Shown piece by piece: positions 28,006 through 38,160 of a stretch of DNA of 64,000 nt (positions are counted from its first letter, which is position 1; every line of letters begins with the position of its first letter). The stretch covers positions 14,328 to 78,327 of the forward strand of contig JBMNQI010000001.1 in the NCBI GenBank assembly GCA_050944055.1, given 5' to 3'. The notes under the pieces are model-generated. The model saw nothing but the letters and a program-made list of their open reading frames with translations, did not search any database and had not been told where the DNA came from. Made by a program: the position numbers and the translations under genes. This DNA is from Oscillospiraceae bacterium (GTDB lineage: Bacteria; Bacillota; Clostridia; Oscillospirales; Oscillospiraceae).

Positions 28006-28031
28006 AGAGTGGGGTCTCCCCGCTCTTTTTT
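28006..28031 (+). terminator. leader terminator/attenuator upstream of rimP
   Basis: AGAGTGGGG (28006-28014) pairs with CCCCGCTCT (18-26 of 280xx) around a 3-nt loop, followed by TTTTTT. It sits between the predicted promoter and the rimP ATG. Confidence 0.6.
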
Positions 28032-28079
28032 CTGGCCCGGGGCATTCTGTCAGAAATTGGAAACGGAGGCGCGCTTATT

Positions 28080-28535
28080 ATGAAAAAAGTGACGGAGCTT
28101 GTAGCCGGGCTGGCGCAGCCTGTGGCGGAGCGTCTGGGCTGCGAAGTCTGGGATGTGGAGTTCGTGCGCGAAGGCGGCCAGTGGTATCTGCGCGTCTATA
28201 TCGACAGGCCCGAAGGAGTGGATATTTCGCTTTGCGAGGACTTCAGCCGCGAAATGGACAAAATTCTTGACGAGGCCGACCCTGTGGAGCAGAGCTATAT
28301 TTTCGAGGTCAGCTCGCCGGGAATCGACCGGGTTCTGAAAAGGCCTTCCGACTTCATGCGTTTTATAGGCTATAAGGTTGATGTAAAGCTGTACAGGGCG
28401 CAGGACGGAAAAAAGGTTCACACGGGCACGCTTAAGTCTTATTCTGAAGCCGCCGTCACGATTGAGGCGGCGGGGAAGGACCTGTCGTTCGGCAGGGACG
28501 AGATCGCGCTCGTCAGGCTGGCGGTCGAGTTTTAG
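28080..28535 (+). CDS. rimP: ribosome maturation factor RimP
   Basis: MKKVTELVAGLAQPVAERLGCEVWDVEF...WYLRVYIDRPEG is typical of RimP. ATG at 28080 follows GGAAACGGAGG, and the gene lies upstream of nusA. Confidence 0.9.
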   Translation: MKKVTELVAGLAQPVAERLGCEVWDVEFVREGGQWYLRVYIDRPEGVDISLCEDFSREMDKILDEADPVEQSYIFEVSSPGIDRVLKRPSDFMRFIGYKVDVKLYRAQDGKKVHTGTLKSYSEAAVTIEAAGKDLSFGRDEIALVRLAVEF

Positions 28536-28611
28536 AGCGCTCAGAAGGATAAACAGCAGAATAATCTATAGAGGCGAGTCCAATAAGCGCCGCCTTAAAG
28601 GAGAGACATAA

Positions 28612-29670
28612 ATGAACGCCGAATTTTTCAGCGCGCTTGATCAGATCGAAAAGGAAAAGAACATACCGAAGACATATATGCTTGAAAAGATCACGCAGGC
28701 GCTGGTAACGGCATTTCGCCGTGACAACGCCGGCATAACCGACAATGTTGTTGTCGAGGCCGATGAAAAAAAGCAGGAGATACGCATGTACGTCTCAAAG
28801 CGGGTCGTGGAGCAGGTGGAAAACCCGGCCATGGAGATCCTGCTTGACGCCGCGCGGGAGGTAGAACCGAAGGCCGAGCTTGGGGACATTGTAAACGTAC
28901 CTGTCCACACGAAAAACTTCGGCAGAATTGCGGCCCAGACGGCAAAGCAGGTAATTATACAGGGCATACGCGAGGCGGAGCGCGGGATGATTTTTGAGGA
29001 ATTCAACTCGCGCGAGCACGAGATACTGACAGGCGTCGTATCCAGGGTGGACCGCCGCACAGGTGCCGTCTCGATACGCATAGGCAGCGGGACCGAGGTC
29101 ACAGAGGCTTTGCTCGGCGTAAGCGAGCAGGTAAAGGGCGAGACGATGCGCGAGGGGGACCGTGTCAAGGTCTACGTCGTTGAGGTCAGGAGGTCTACAA
29201 AAGGTCCCCAGGTTCTGATTTCGCGCACGCATCCCGGCCTTGTAAAGCGCCTTTTTGAGCTGGAGGTCCCCGAAATCTACGACGGGACGGTAGAGATACG
29301 CAGCATAGCGCGCGAGGCGGGCAGCCGCACGAAAATAGCCGTATGGTCAAACGACGAGAGCGTCGACCCAATAGGCGCCTGCGTCGGTCCCAGGGGCGGC
29401 CGCGTTTCGGCGGTTGTCGACGAACTGCACGGAGAGAAGATCGACATCATAAAATACAGCGAGGACCCGGCGGAATATGTGGCTTCGGCGCTGGCTCCGG
29501 CCGACGTGACGGGCGTCTGGATGCTTGACGACGGCAAGAGCTGCCGCGTAGCCGTGCCCGACGATCAGCTCTCTCTCGCCATTGGCAAGGAGGGGCAGAA
29601 CGCGCGCCTTGCCGCCCGGCTGACAGGGTTTAAGATAGATATCAAGCCTGAATCCGCCATTAAAGAATAA
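28612..29670 (+). CDS. nusA: transcription termination/antitermination factor NusA
   Basis: N-terminal domain, S1 domain and two KH domains (LAIGKEGQNARLAARLTG). Length is 352 aa. Confidence 0.95.
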   Translation: MNAEFFSALDQIEKEKNIPKTYMLEKITQALVTAFRRDNAGITDNVVVEADEKKQEIRMYVSKRVVEQVENPAMEILLDAAREVEPKAELGDIVNVPVHTKNFGRIAAQTAKQVIIQGIREAERGMIFEEFNSREHEILTGVVSRVDRRTGAVSIRIGSGTEVTEALLGVSEQVKGETMREGDRVKVYVVEVRRSTKGPQVLISRTHPGLVKRLFELEVPEIYDGTVEIRSIAREAGSRTKIAVWSNDESVDPIGACVGPRGGRVSAVVDELHGEKIDIIKYSEDPAEYVASALAPADVTGVWMLDDGKSCRVAVPDDQLSLAIGKEGQNARLAARLTGFKIDIKPESAIKE

Positions 29671-29698
29671 GAGGCGGGTAAAAGGCGCGTGAAAGACG

Positions 29699-29983
29699 GT
29701 GAACAGGATGACGCCTAAAAAAACGCCTATGCGTCAGTGTTCGGGCTGCCGCGAGATGCGCCCCAAAAAGGAGCTTATCAGGGTCGTGCGTTCGCCCGCG
29801 GGCGAGGTTTCGCTGGACTTTAAGGGGAAGAGCTCCGGGCGCGGCGCATACGTCTGCCCCAGGGCGGAATGTCTGAAAAAGGCCCGCAAATCAAAAGCGC
29901 TGGAGCGCTCGCTCAACACTCAGATTCCGCCGGAGGTTTACGACGCTCTGGAGGCGCAGATGGAGACGGGAAATGAAGGATGA
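29699..29983 (+). CDS. ylxR: YlxR/RnpM family RNA-binding protein (DUF448)
   Basis: The RQCSGCREMRPKKELIRVV motif, positioned between nusA and infB. The start may be GTG 29699 or ATG 29708. Confidence 0.85.
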   Translation: MNRMTPKKTPMRQCSGCREMRPKKELIRVVRSPAGEVSLDFKGKSSGRGAYVCPRAECLKKARKSKALERSLNTQIPPEVYDALEAQMETGNEG

Positions 29984-30377
29984 CGCGCTGTCGCTCATTG
30001 GCCTTATTAAGAAATCGGGTTTTCTTGAAGCGGGCGAGGAGAACTGCGGGGCGGCATGCAGGGCAGGAAAAGCAAGAGCGCTGCTGCTTGCCGGCGACGC
30101 CGCCGGAAATACGGCAAGGCGCGCCGAACACTTCGCCGGGGCAGGCAGGGTGAAGCTTATCGTAACTCCGTTTTCCAAAGACGAGTTGGGTACGATGGTC
30201 GGCTTGCCGGGCTGCGCTTTGATGGCAATATGCGATAGTGGTTTGGCCAGCCTTTTTCTGTCGAAGCTGGCTTTGAAGGACGAGAAATACAGGCAGGATG
30301 CCGAGGAGTTTAAAATAAAGGCAGAAAAGGCGGCGCAGCGGAAAAAAGAAATGAAGAAACATCGCACAGGACGGTAG
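29973..30377 (+). CDS. ylxQ: L7Ae-family RNA-binding protein (YlxQ-like) with a Lys-rich C-terminal extension
   Basis: The L7Ae-like core (LIGLIKKSGFLEAGEE...LLLAGDAAGNTARR) occupies the conserved ylxR-ylxQ-infB position. Confidence 0.75.
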   Translation: MKDDALSLIGLIKKSGFLEAGEENCGAACRAGKARALLLAGDAAGNTARRAEHFAGAGRVKLIVTPFSKDELGTMVGLPGCALMAICDSGLASLFLSKLALKDEKYRQDAEEFKIKAEKAAQRKKEMKKHRTGR

Positions 30378-30451
30378 CAGCCGTCGAAAGGACCGGGAAG
30401 CGTGCCGCAGGGCCGTAAACCCGGAAAGAACGCGCAGCAGGAGGCTGGTTT

Positions 30452-32812
30452 ATGAGTATGCTTATAAAATACCGGGTACATGAGGTGGCCAAGGATTTTG
30501 GACTTGCCACTAAGGATATTACCAAAATACTGACTGAATACGCAACGGCTCCGAAGAATCATATGCAGATTCTTGAGGAGGCGGAGCTTGACCTGATTTT
30601 TGAGTACCTGACGCAGAAAAACCAGGTATCGGGAATCGATGTGATTTTTGCCGAAGGCGACAAAAGGGAAGCGGAAAAGACGCAGGCGCCTCCCGCGGCC
30701 GACACAAAGCCGAAGAAGGAGAGCGAAAAGCCGGCGCCCGAAAAACACGCCCACCAGCCGAAAGCCCAGGCCCAGCCGGCGGCCAAACCGGAAGCGCCCG
30801 CGCAGCCTAAGCCTCCTGTAGACCGCTCCGCCCGTACAAAGGTTGTTGACACCAGAAAGGCGACGGTGAACCTCGGCCGCTTTGACGAACGCATAGAAAG
30901 CCTTGTACCCGAGCGCGCGCAAAACCTTCAGCAGCGGAGCAAGGAGAAGTTCGGGAGCAGGAAATCAGCCCAGCGCGGCGGCCAGTCCTACGGCAATAAG
31001 CGCCGTCAGGAAGAGCGCGAAAAGATGAAAAAGCTTATGGAGGAGATTGCAAAGAAGCATCCTCTGAAAGTCATGATACCGGACGAGATAAGCGTCGGCG
31101 AGCTTGCCTCTCGCCTTAAGAAGACGGGGGCCGAGGTGGTTAAGCAGCTGATGAAGATGGGCGTAATGGCTTCTCTTTCGGAGATAATCGACTATGATAC
31201 CGCGGCGCTGGCAGCAATGGAGCTTGGCGCCAAGGTTGAGAAGGAAGTAGTCGTTACAATTGAGGAAAGGCTGATTGACGACCGCGAGGATAAGGAAGAG
31301 GAGCTCGTACCGCGCGCGCCTGTCGTCGTCGTCATGGGCCACGTCGACCACGGCAAGACGTCTCTGCTCGACAGGATACGCAATTCTGACGTCGCCGCAG
31401 GCGAAGCCGGAGGCATCACACAGCATATAGGCGCATATAGGGTCAAGCTGGGCGACAACATGATTACCTTCCTCGACACGCCGGGACACGAGGCGTTCAC
31501 CTCGATGAGGGCGCGCGGGGCTATGGTCACGGATATCGCGATCCTCGTGGTGGCGGCGGACGACGGCATTATGCCCCAAACGGTTGAGGCTATCAACCAC
31601 GCCAAGGCCGCGGAGATACCGATCATAGTCGCCATCAATAAAATGGATAAGCCCGGAGCCAATCCGGAGCGTATCAAGCAGCAGCTTACGGAGTATAACC
31701 TTGTGACCGAGGAATGGGGCGGCGATACGATTGTCGTTCCGGTATCCGCTGTGACGGGCCAGGGCATAGATACCCTGCTCGAAATGGTCGTACTGACGGC
31801 CGAGATGCGCGAGCTGCGCGCAAACCCCAACCGCGCCGCGAGAGGCACGGTCATAGAGGCGCGTCTCGACAAGGGCCGCGGCCCTGTGGCAACCATGCTT
31901 GTCCAGAACGGGACGCTGCGAAAGGGCGACGTAATTATCGCGGGCACGGCTGTAGGCCGTGTGCGCGCCATGACGGACGACAAGGGGAAGACGCTTGTCG
32001 AAGCCGGCCCGTCAACACCGGTTGAGGTAATAGGCATGGACGACGTACCTTCGGCAGGCGACATATTCAACGCCGTAGACGACGAGCGCATGGCCCGCAC
32101 GCTGGTCGAGCAGCGCAAATTCGAGGAAAAAGAGGCCGCAAGCCGCGCTCCCATGAAAGGCGTTTCGCTCGAGGACCTTTTCGCTCATATTCAGGAGGGC
32201 AAGATAAAGGAACTCAACATCATCGTAAAGGCGGACGTGCAGGGCAGCGCCGAGGCTGTAAAATCCAGCTTGGAGAAGCTCTCAAACGACGAAGTCCGCG
32301 TGCGTGTCATACATTCCGGCGTCGGCGCCATAAGCGAATCCGATATAATGCTGGCCTCGACATCCGGAGCCATAGTGGTGGGCTTTAACGTTCGCCCCGA
32401 TACCGCCGCGCGCGATTCCGCCGCCCGAAGCGGCGTCGACGTGCGCCTGTACCGCATCATATACGACTGCATAAACGAGATGGAGGCCGCGATGAAGGGC
32501 ATGCTCGCGCCCAAGTACCAGGAGGCCGTACTTGGCCACGCCGAGGTACGCAAGACGTATAAGGCCAGCGGCATAGGCACTATCGCCGGCTGCTATGTGC
32601 AGGACGGCAAGATACAGCGCAACGCCCAGGTGCGCATAGTGCGCGACGGCGTCGTCATACACGAGGGGCAGCTCGCGTCCCTGCGCAGGTTCAAGGACGA
32701 CGTTAGAGAGGTCGCCTCCGGCTACGAGTGCGGCATGAGCATCGAAAAGTACAACGACATAAAGGAAGGCGACATAATAGAAGCCTTCGTGATGCAGGAA
32801 ATCGAGCAGTAG
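30452..32812 (+). CDS. infB: translation initiation factor IF-2
   Basis: GTPase motifs [20 protein letters not shown] and NKMD. The N-terminal linker is Pro/Ala/Lys-rich. Confidence 0.95.
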   Translation: MSMLIKYRVHEVAKDFGLATKDITKILTEYATAPKNHMQILEEAELDLIFEYLTQKNQVSGIDVIFAEGDKREAEKTQAPPAADTKPKKESEKPAPEKHAHQPKAQAQPAAKPEAPAQPKPPVDRSARTKVVDTRKATVNLGRFDERIESLVPERAQNLQQRSKEKFGSRKSAQRGGQSYGNKRRQEEREKMKKLMEEIAKKHPLKVMIPDEISVGELASRLKKTGAEVVKQLMKMGVMASLSEIIDYDTAALAAMELGAKVEKEVVVTIEERLIDDREDKEEELVPRAPVVVVMGHVDHGKTSLLDRIRNSDVAAGEAGGITQHIGAYRVKLGDNMITFLDTPGHEAFTSMRARGAMVTDIAILVVAADDGIMPQTVEAINHAKAAEIPIIVAINKMDKPGANPERIKQQLTEYNLVTEEWGGDTIVVPVSAVTGQGIDTLLEMVVLTAEMRELRANPNRAARGTVIEARLDKGRGPVATMLVQNGTLRKGDVIIAGTAVGRVRAMTDDKGKTLVEAGPSTPVEVIGMDDVPSAGDIFNAVDDERMARTLVEQRKFEEKEAASRAPMKGVSLEDLFAHIQEGKIKELNIIVKADVQGSAEAVKSSLEKLSNDEVRVRVIHSGVGAISESDIMLASTSGAIVVGFNVRPDTAARDSAARSGVDVRLYRIIYDCINEMEAAMKGMLAPKYQEAVLGHAEVRKTYKASGIGTIAGCYVQDGKIQRNAQVRIVRDGVVIHEGQLASLRRFKDDVREVASGYECGMSIEKYNDIKEGDIIEAFVMQEIEQ

Positions 32813-32878
32813 GAACAGCCCGCCGAAAGACGAGTATACATTAAACAGAGACTTCTGACTGCCGAAAGAGGTATAGCA

Positions 32879-33247
32879 ATGCCAAAGAAGCGAATAGGCC
32901 GAATAAACGAAGAGATACAACGCGAGCTTTCAGCGCTTCTGCGCACGGTTAAAGACCCCCGTATAAGCAGGGGGCTGATAAGCATTACCGGAGTTAACAC
33001 AACGGAAGACCTGCGATATGCCAGGGTCTATGTTTCGGCTTTAAACAAGGATGACGAAAAAGAGCTTATGAAGGGACTGCGCTCGGCCTCCGGATATTTG
33101 CGCCGGGAACTCGGCGCGCGCCTGCGGCTCAGGTATACTCCGGAGCTTGTTTTCTGCGCGGACGATTCTATAAGGCACGGGGCTCATATATCCGAAATAC
33201 TCAAGACACTTGGAACCGGGGAGGCAGAAGAAGATGGATTACAGTGA
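32879..33247 (+). CDS. rbfA: ribosome-binding factor A
   Basis: 122 aa with an RbfA KH-like signature (RINEEIQRELSALL...RYTPELVF). Confidence 0.9.
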   Translation: MPKKRIGRINEEIQRELSALLRTVKDPRISRGLISITGVNTTEDLRYARVYVSALNKDDEKELMKGLRSASGYLRRELGARLRLRYTPELVFCADDSIRHGAHISEILKTLGTGEAEEDGLQ

Positions 33248-34208
33248 AACCGCCCGGTGGCTCGGCGAGCGCGATCATTTTCTGATAATCACGCATTTAA
33301 GGCCGGACGGGGATACGCTGGGCTCCGCCGCGGGACTCTGCCAGGGGCTCAGGGACAAGGGGAAAACGGCTTATATCCTGCCCAATCCCGAGGCCACGGA
33401 GAGATATTTGGAATATGTGAAGCCCTATTACGCGCCGGAGGGCTTTGAGCCCGAAACGGTCATTACGGTCGACACGGCGGGGAGGAACCTCTTTCCGCTC
33501 AATATTGGCGATTACGGCGACCGTGTGGAGCTGGCTATAGACCACCATGCCTCCCACGCGCCTTACGCTCCGAATACCTGTGTTTACGGGAAGCACGCCG
33601 CCTGCGGAGAGATCATATACCTGATACTTTGCGAAATGGACGTCAAAATGACCGAGCGCATAGCGACCGCGCTCTATATAGCGATTGTAACGGACACAGG
33701 CTGTTTCCGGTACAGCAACACAAATTCCACGACGCTCAGAATCTGCGCGGACCTTATGGAATACGACGTGCCGGCCTCTTATTTAAACAAGAAGTTTTTC
33801 CGCACTAAATCACGGGCGCGAATTATGATAGAAAGCATGATGCTCGCAAATATGCAGCTTTTCGACTCCGGCACGATAGGCATAGTCACGCTCACGAACG
33901 AGATGATGAAAAAGGCCGACGCGACGGAGGACGATACGGACGATATTGCCTCGCTTGTCGGCCAGGTAGAGGGAGTGCGCGCGAGCGTGACCATACGCGA
34001 GCTCGAGGACGGAACCTGCAAGATCTCGCTGCGAACCGGGCCGGACCTCAACGCCTCTGACGTATGCGCGCAGCTCGGAGGCGGGGGCCACAAGGCGGCG
34101 GCGGGCTGCACGCTGGATGCGGGCGTGGAGGAATCTAAACGCCTCATACTGGACGCCATACAGAAGATCCGGCAAAAGAGCAGGGTCGTTGAGGAACCGG
34201 TATATTGA
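33234..34208 (+). CDS. nrnA: DHH/DHHA1 phosphoesterase (bifunctional oligoribonuclease/pAp phosphatase NrnA-like)
   Basis: Motifs HLRPDGDTLGS, AIDHH and GGGGHKAAAG (DHHA1). ATG at 33234. Confidence 0.8.
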   Translation: MDYSETARWLGERDHFLIITHLRPDGDTLGSAAGLCQGLRDKGKTAYILPNPEATERYLEYVKPYYAPEGFEPETVITVDTAGRNLFPLNIGDYGDRVELAIDHHASHAPYAPNTCVYGKHAACGEIIYLILCEMDVKMTERIATALYIAIVTDTGCFRYSNTNSTTLRICADLMEYDVPASYLNKKFFRTKSRARIMIESMMLANMQLFDSGTIGIVTLTNEMMKKADATEDDTDDIASLVGQVEGVRASVTIRELEDGTCKISLRTGPDLNASDVCAQLGGGGHKAAAGCTLDAGVEESKRLILDAIQKIRQKSRVVEEPVY

Positions 34209-35086
34209 AAAGCGGCGTCATTATTCTGGACAAGCCCAAGGGCTGGACATCGCACGACGCGGTCGCAAAACTGCGCCGCCTGCTGGGTGAACGCCGCGTT
34301 GGGCACGGCGGCACGCTCGACCCCCTGGCTACCGGCGTGCTGCCTGTATTTATAGGGCGGGCGACGCGCGCCGCCGATTACATCACCTTTGCAGACAAGG
34401 AATATGTTGCGAAAATGCGGCTTGGCATAATTACGGATACGCAGGATATAACGGGGAAAGTCCTCTCCGTTTGCGACGATAAGCCGTCCTTAGAGGCTAT
34501 AAAATCGGTACTTAAAGAATTTACGGGTGAAATTCTCCAGGTGCCTCCGATGTATTCGGCCATAAAAAAAGGCGGGGAAAAGCTATATGAGCTGGCCCGA
34601 AAGGGGATCGAGGTCCCGAGGGAAGGCCGTCCCGTAAAAATATACAGGCTCGAGCTTACAGGTTGCGACGGCGACGAGTATGAGCTGCATATTTGCTGTT
34701 CCAAAGGCACCTATGTGCGCACGCTATGCGACGATATCGGCCGAAGGCTCGGCTGCGGCGCCTGCATGACCGCGCTCAGGCGCACGAGGAACGGCCCTTT
34801 TACTTTGGAGCAGGCGGTCACGATAAGCGAAGTGTCGGAATGGGCCGAGAAAGGTAGAGCAGAACCCGATTTTATAAAGAGCATTGACTGCCTTTGGCCG
34901 GAGCTGCCCAAAACTCTCGGAGACGAGCGGAAAATACGCAACGGCGCAGCCTACCGCGTCAGCCTCCCCGACGGGCGGTACCGCGTCTATGGGGAAAACG
35001 GCGATTTCCTTATGCTGGGGGAGGTAAGGCAAGGCATGATGAAAACTATCAAAAGCTTTTTCGAGGTGGACAATGACGGGAAGTAA
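34205..35086 (+). CDS. truB: tRNA pseudouridine55 synthase
   Basis: Catalytic motif GHGGTLDPLATG. A TTG start overlaps the nrnA stop. Confidence 0.9.
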   Translation: MKSGVIILDKPKGWTSHDAVAKLRRLLGERRVGHGGTLDPLATGVLPVFIGRATRAADYITFADKEYVAKMRLGIITDTQDITGKVLSVCDDKPSLEAIKSVLKEFTGEILQVPPMYSAIKKGGEKLYELARKGIEVPREGRPVKIYRLELTGCDGDEYELHICCSKGTYVRTLCDDIGRRLGCGACMTALRRTRNGPFTLEQAVTISEVSEWAEKGRAEPDFIKSIDCLWPELPKTLGDERKIRNGAAYRVSLPDGRYRVYGENGDFLMLGEVRQGMMKTIKSFFEVDNDGK

Positions 35087-35969
35087 AAAAGTGCTGGCCC
35101 TGGGTTTTTTTGATGGACTGCACCTGGGCCACGCCGCCCTTCTTAAACGCACAAACGAGGTTGCAAAGGAGCTCGGGGCCACACCCGCCATACTTACCTT
35201 CGATAAGCATCCCGGCGACCTCATATTCGGATACACAATACCGCTTATTAACTCTAAGTCGGACAGGGCGTATCTCGCGGAAAAGTATTTCGGCATACGC
35301 GACATCATATTTATGAGGTTCGACGAAAAGTTTATGCATACTCCCTGGGAGGCCTTCATATATAACACGCTGCAAAAGGACAACGGCGCCGTCCATGTGG
35401 TCTGCGGTCACGATTTTCATTTCGGGTATAAGGGAGAGGGAAATCCGCAGCGCCTGAAAAGAAAATGCGCCGAGCTGGGTATAGGCTGCGACGTTATAAC
35501 TAAGGTCGAGTACGACGGCATAACCATAAGCTCAACCTACATCAGGAAGCTGATAGCCCAAGGCGAGATAGAGCGCGCAAACGCGTTTCTCGGCCACCCG
35601 CACACGCTTTCAGCCCGGGTCGTCCGCGGCTTCCGCCTCGGGCGTTCCATAGGCTTCCCCACCGTAAATATGCGCTTTGAGGACGGGGTGCTGACGCCTT
35701 TCCACGGCGTCTACGCGACAAAAGTGCATCTGCCGGGCGGGGAGGTGCGCATGGGAGTCACAAACGTCGGCACAAGGCCGACCGTAAGCGACGGTATGCA
35801 GGTATCGGTAGAGACGAACATACTGGATTTTGACGGCGACCTGTACGGGGCGACGCTCCGCGTCGATTTTTATAAGCTTCTCCGGCCCGAGATAAAGTTT
35901 TCTGATATCGGCTCCCTGAGCGGCCAGATAGCGAGGGACAGTGCGGCGGTCCGGGATTATTTCGGCTGA
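35073..35969 (+). CDS. ribF: bifunctional riboflavin kinase / FMN adenylyltransferase
   Basis: Motifs GFFDGLHLGH and GFPTVN. Length is 298 aa. Confidence 0.9.
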   Translation: MTGSKKVLALGFFDGLHLGHAALLKRTNEVAKELGATPAILTFDKHPGDLIFGYTIPLINSKSDRAYLAEKYFGIRDIIFMRFDEKFMHTPWEAFIYNTLQKDNGAVHVVCGHDFHFGYKGEGNPQRLKRKCAELGIGCDVITKVEYDGITISSTYIRKLIAQGEIERANAFLGHPHTLSARVVRGFRLGRSIGFPTVNMRFEDGVLTPFHGVYATKVHLPGGEVRMGVTNVGTRPTVSDGMQVSVETNILDFDGDLYGATLRVDFYKLLRPEIKFSDIGSLSGQIARDSAAVRDYFG

Positions 35970-35977
35970 TATCGGAA

Positions 35978-36006
35978 TAGACAAACGTAAAGCACCGTGA
36001 TAAAAT
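35978..36006 (+). promoter_or_regulatory. candidate extended -10 promoter for the tagA-like/tmk genes
   Basis: TAGACA (35978-35983), 17-nt spacer ending in TGA, then TAAAAT (36001-36006). Confidence 0.4.
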
Positions 36007-36023
36007 ACTAAAAAACTCAGGCG

Positions 36024-36758
36024 GTGGAACACTTGAGGACCGACGTTTTAGGCGTGGGCTTTGACCCTGTTACAATGAATATGGCCGTTGAAAAAGGGAT
36101 AAGCCTGTGCCAGAGCGGCAAAGCCGCCTATGTGGTGACGCCTAACCCGGAGATTGTCTGGGAGTCGCGCAAAAACGCGCAGCTCCGGGACGTTCTTAAC
36201 TCGGCTGATTTAGTGCTTGCCGACGGGGTGGGAATAACGTTTGCAGCCGGCATATTGAAAACGCCTCTGCCTGAAAAGGTCGCCGGAATAGACTTCGCGG
36301 AGAATCTTATATCGCGCATGGAAGCTCTCGGCCTTAGGCTCTACCTTTTCGGCGGGCGTCCGGGCATAGCTGAAAAAGCGGCCTATAATCTTAGAGCCAA
36401 ATACCCGAAGCTTATTATATGCGGCACGCACGACGGGTACTTTGAGGACAGCGCGCCCATAGTCTCGGATATAAACGCCTCGGGAGCCGACGCTGTTTTT
36501 GTCTGCCTCGGCGCCCCTAAGCAGGAATTATGGATCGCCGAACACCGCTGTGAACTCAACGTTCACCTGCTCGCGGGTCTGGGCGGCAGTCTTGACGTTT
36601 TTGCCGGTGAAGTAAAAAGAGCCCCGGAAAAATGGCGGAAAATGAAGCTGGAATGGCTTTACCGATTAATGAAGCAACCGAGAAGGATTAAGCGCATGGC
36701 AAAGCTCCCGCTGTATGCTTTCGCGGTTATCGGGAGGAGATTTGGATGCCGCTTATAG
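36024..36758 (+). CDS. WecB/TagA/CpsF family glycosyltransferase
   Basis: Family features include VVTPNPEIVWESRKN and CLGAPKQELW. The start is a non-ATG codon (GTG 36024), so it is uncertain. Confidence 0.8.
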   Translation: MEHLRTDVLGVGFDPVTMNMAVEKGISLCQSGKAAYVVTPNPEIVWESRKNAQLRDVLNSADLVLADGVGITFAAGILKTPLPEKVAGIDFAENLISRMEALGLRLYLFGGRPGIAEKAAYNLRAKYPKLIICGTHDGYFEDSAPIVSDINASGADAVFVCLGAPKQELWIAEHRCELNVHLLAGLGGSLDVFAGEVKRAPEKWRKMKLEWLYRLMKQPRRIKRMAKLPLYAFAVIGRRFGCRL

Positions 36759-37420
36759 TTTTGGAAGGTATAGACGGTGCGGGCAAGTCCACGCAGTTTG
36801 AGCTGCTGACTCAGCGCCTGAGCCGCGAGGGCTGCGATTTTCAGAAAATTGTCTTCCCGCAGTACTCGGAGCCGTCCTCGGCGCTTATACGCATGTATCT
36901 CGGCGGGGAATTCGGCGGCGGGCCTGACGCCGTCAACGCCTACGCCGCGTCAGCGTTTTTCGCCGTCGACCGTGTCGCGTCATATATAAAGGTTTGGGGC
37001 GAATACTACAGATCGGGCGGCCTTTTGGTTGCGGACAGGTATACCACCTCAAACGCCATACACCAGGGCGCGAAGCTGCCCGATAGCGAAAAGAGCGGCT
37101 TTTTCCGCTGGCTGTTCGACTTTGAGTATAATCTGCTCGGGCTGCCGAAGCCGGAGCTTGTACTATATCTTGATATGCCCGCCGAGCTGAGCGTAAAACT
37201 GCTCAGGACGCGGGGCGGCGAGCGCGATATACACGAGCTTGACGAGGAATACCTCATTTCCTGCCGCAAGACTGCCCTGCGGGCCGCCCGGGAGGACGGG
37301 TGGAAGGTGATTTCGTGCGCGCCGGGCGGCATACTGCGTTCGGTCGACGAGATACACGAGGAGATATTCGGCGAGGTCGCCGCGGCAGCGCGGGCAGGCC
37401 GCGATAAAAGCCGTTTTTAG
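36746..37420 (+). CDS. tmk: thymidylate kinase
   Basis: P-loop LEGIDGAGKST and the DRY motif (ADRYTTS). Confidence 0.9.
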   Translation: MPLIVLEGIDGAGKSTQFELLTQRLSREGCDFQKIVFPQYSEPSSALIRMYLGGEFGGGPDAVNAYAASAFFAVDRVASYIKVWGEYYRSGGLLVADRYTTSNAIHQGAKLPDSEKSGFFRWLFDFEYNLLGLPKPELVLYLDMPAELSVKLLRTRGGERDIHELDEEYLISCRKTALRAAREDGWKVISCAPGGILRSVDEIHEEIFGEVAAAARAGRDKSRF

Positions 37421-37476
37421 CGTATTATTCGAAACATTTTTAATAAAAAGTCTGCATGACGCGAAAGGAGGCCAGT

Positions 37477-38019
37477 ATGATTTATTTACTGTTGGGAAAA
37501 GGATTTGAGGAGATGGAGGCCGTCGCTTCAATCGACATTCTCCGCCGCGCGGATATTGACGTTAAGACCGCGGGTATAGGCGGAAGGCAGGTAGCAGGCG
37601 CCCACGGAATTACCATAACGGCCGACATAACCGTGGAAGAGGCGGGAGAGGCCGAATTGGTCATACTTCCGGGAGGAATGGGCGGCGTCCAGAGCATCCT
37701 GGAAAGTTCTGCGGCAATGGAGCTTATCAAGAAAACCTATGAAAAAGGCGGTTCTTTGGCCGCGGTTTGCGCGGCGCCCATGATTCTTGGAAAGCTCGGC
37801 TTCCTGAAAGGGAAAAAAGCCGTTATCTACCCCGGCATGGAAAAAGAGATAGACGGCGCCGATGTCCAAAATGGAGCCAAGGCGGTCGTCGATGGCCGCG
37901 TCATAACCGGCCAGGCGCCGGGAGCTGCTATAGACTTTGCCCTGGAGCTTGTTTCCTATCTGAAGGGAGAGGCATCCAGGGAAAAAGTGCGTTCAGTGCT
38001 GCATTACGGGCAGGAATAG
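37477..38019 (+). CDS. DJ-1/PfpI/ThiJ family protein
   Basis: Nucleophile-elbow Cys in LAAVCAAPMILG. ATG at 37477 follows GAAAGGAGG. Confidence 0.85.
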   Translation: MIYLLLGKGFEEMEAVASIDILRRADIDVKTAGIGGRQVAGAHGITITADITVEEAGEAELVILPGGMGGVQSILESSAAMELIKKTYEKGGSLAAVCAAPMILGKLGFLKGKKAVIYPGMEKEIDGADVQNGAKAVVDGRVITGQAPGAAIDFALELVSYLKGEASREKVRSVLHYGQE

Positions 38020-38160
38020 GTATTGACTGCCATTATAGGGAGAGAGCTGCCCTGTGTATAGGGCAGCCCCGGTCCTGCTGGCAAAATCGAGGATTTAAGC
38101 TTGCGCCTGCTAACGGCGCAGGCCTGCTATGGACGGATTCGGACAGTGCGTAAGTAAGAT

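Noticed and set aside
30650-30840. Pro/Ala/Lys-rich repetitive coding stretch that might suggest a repeat element
   Set aside because: It is the normal low-complexity linker of the IF-2 N-terminal region, in frame within infB.
29891-30922. 343-aa minus-strand ORF spanning ylxQ and the infB 5' region
   Set aside because: It is antisense to two conserved genes. The product is extremely Arg/Leu/Phe-rich low complexity, mirroring the Lys/Pro/Ala-rich IF-2 linker, so it is a shadow frame.
31192-32154. 320-aa minus-strand ORF antisense to infB
   Set aside because: It is a shadow ORF opposite the IF-2 GTPase domain. The product is Ser/Thr/Ala-rich low complexity.
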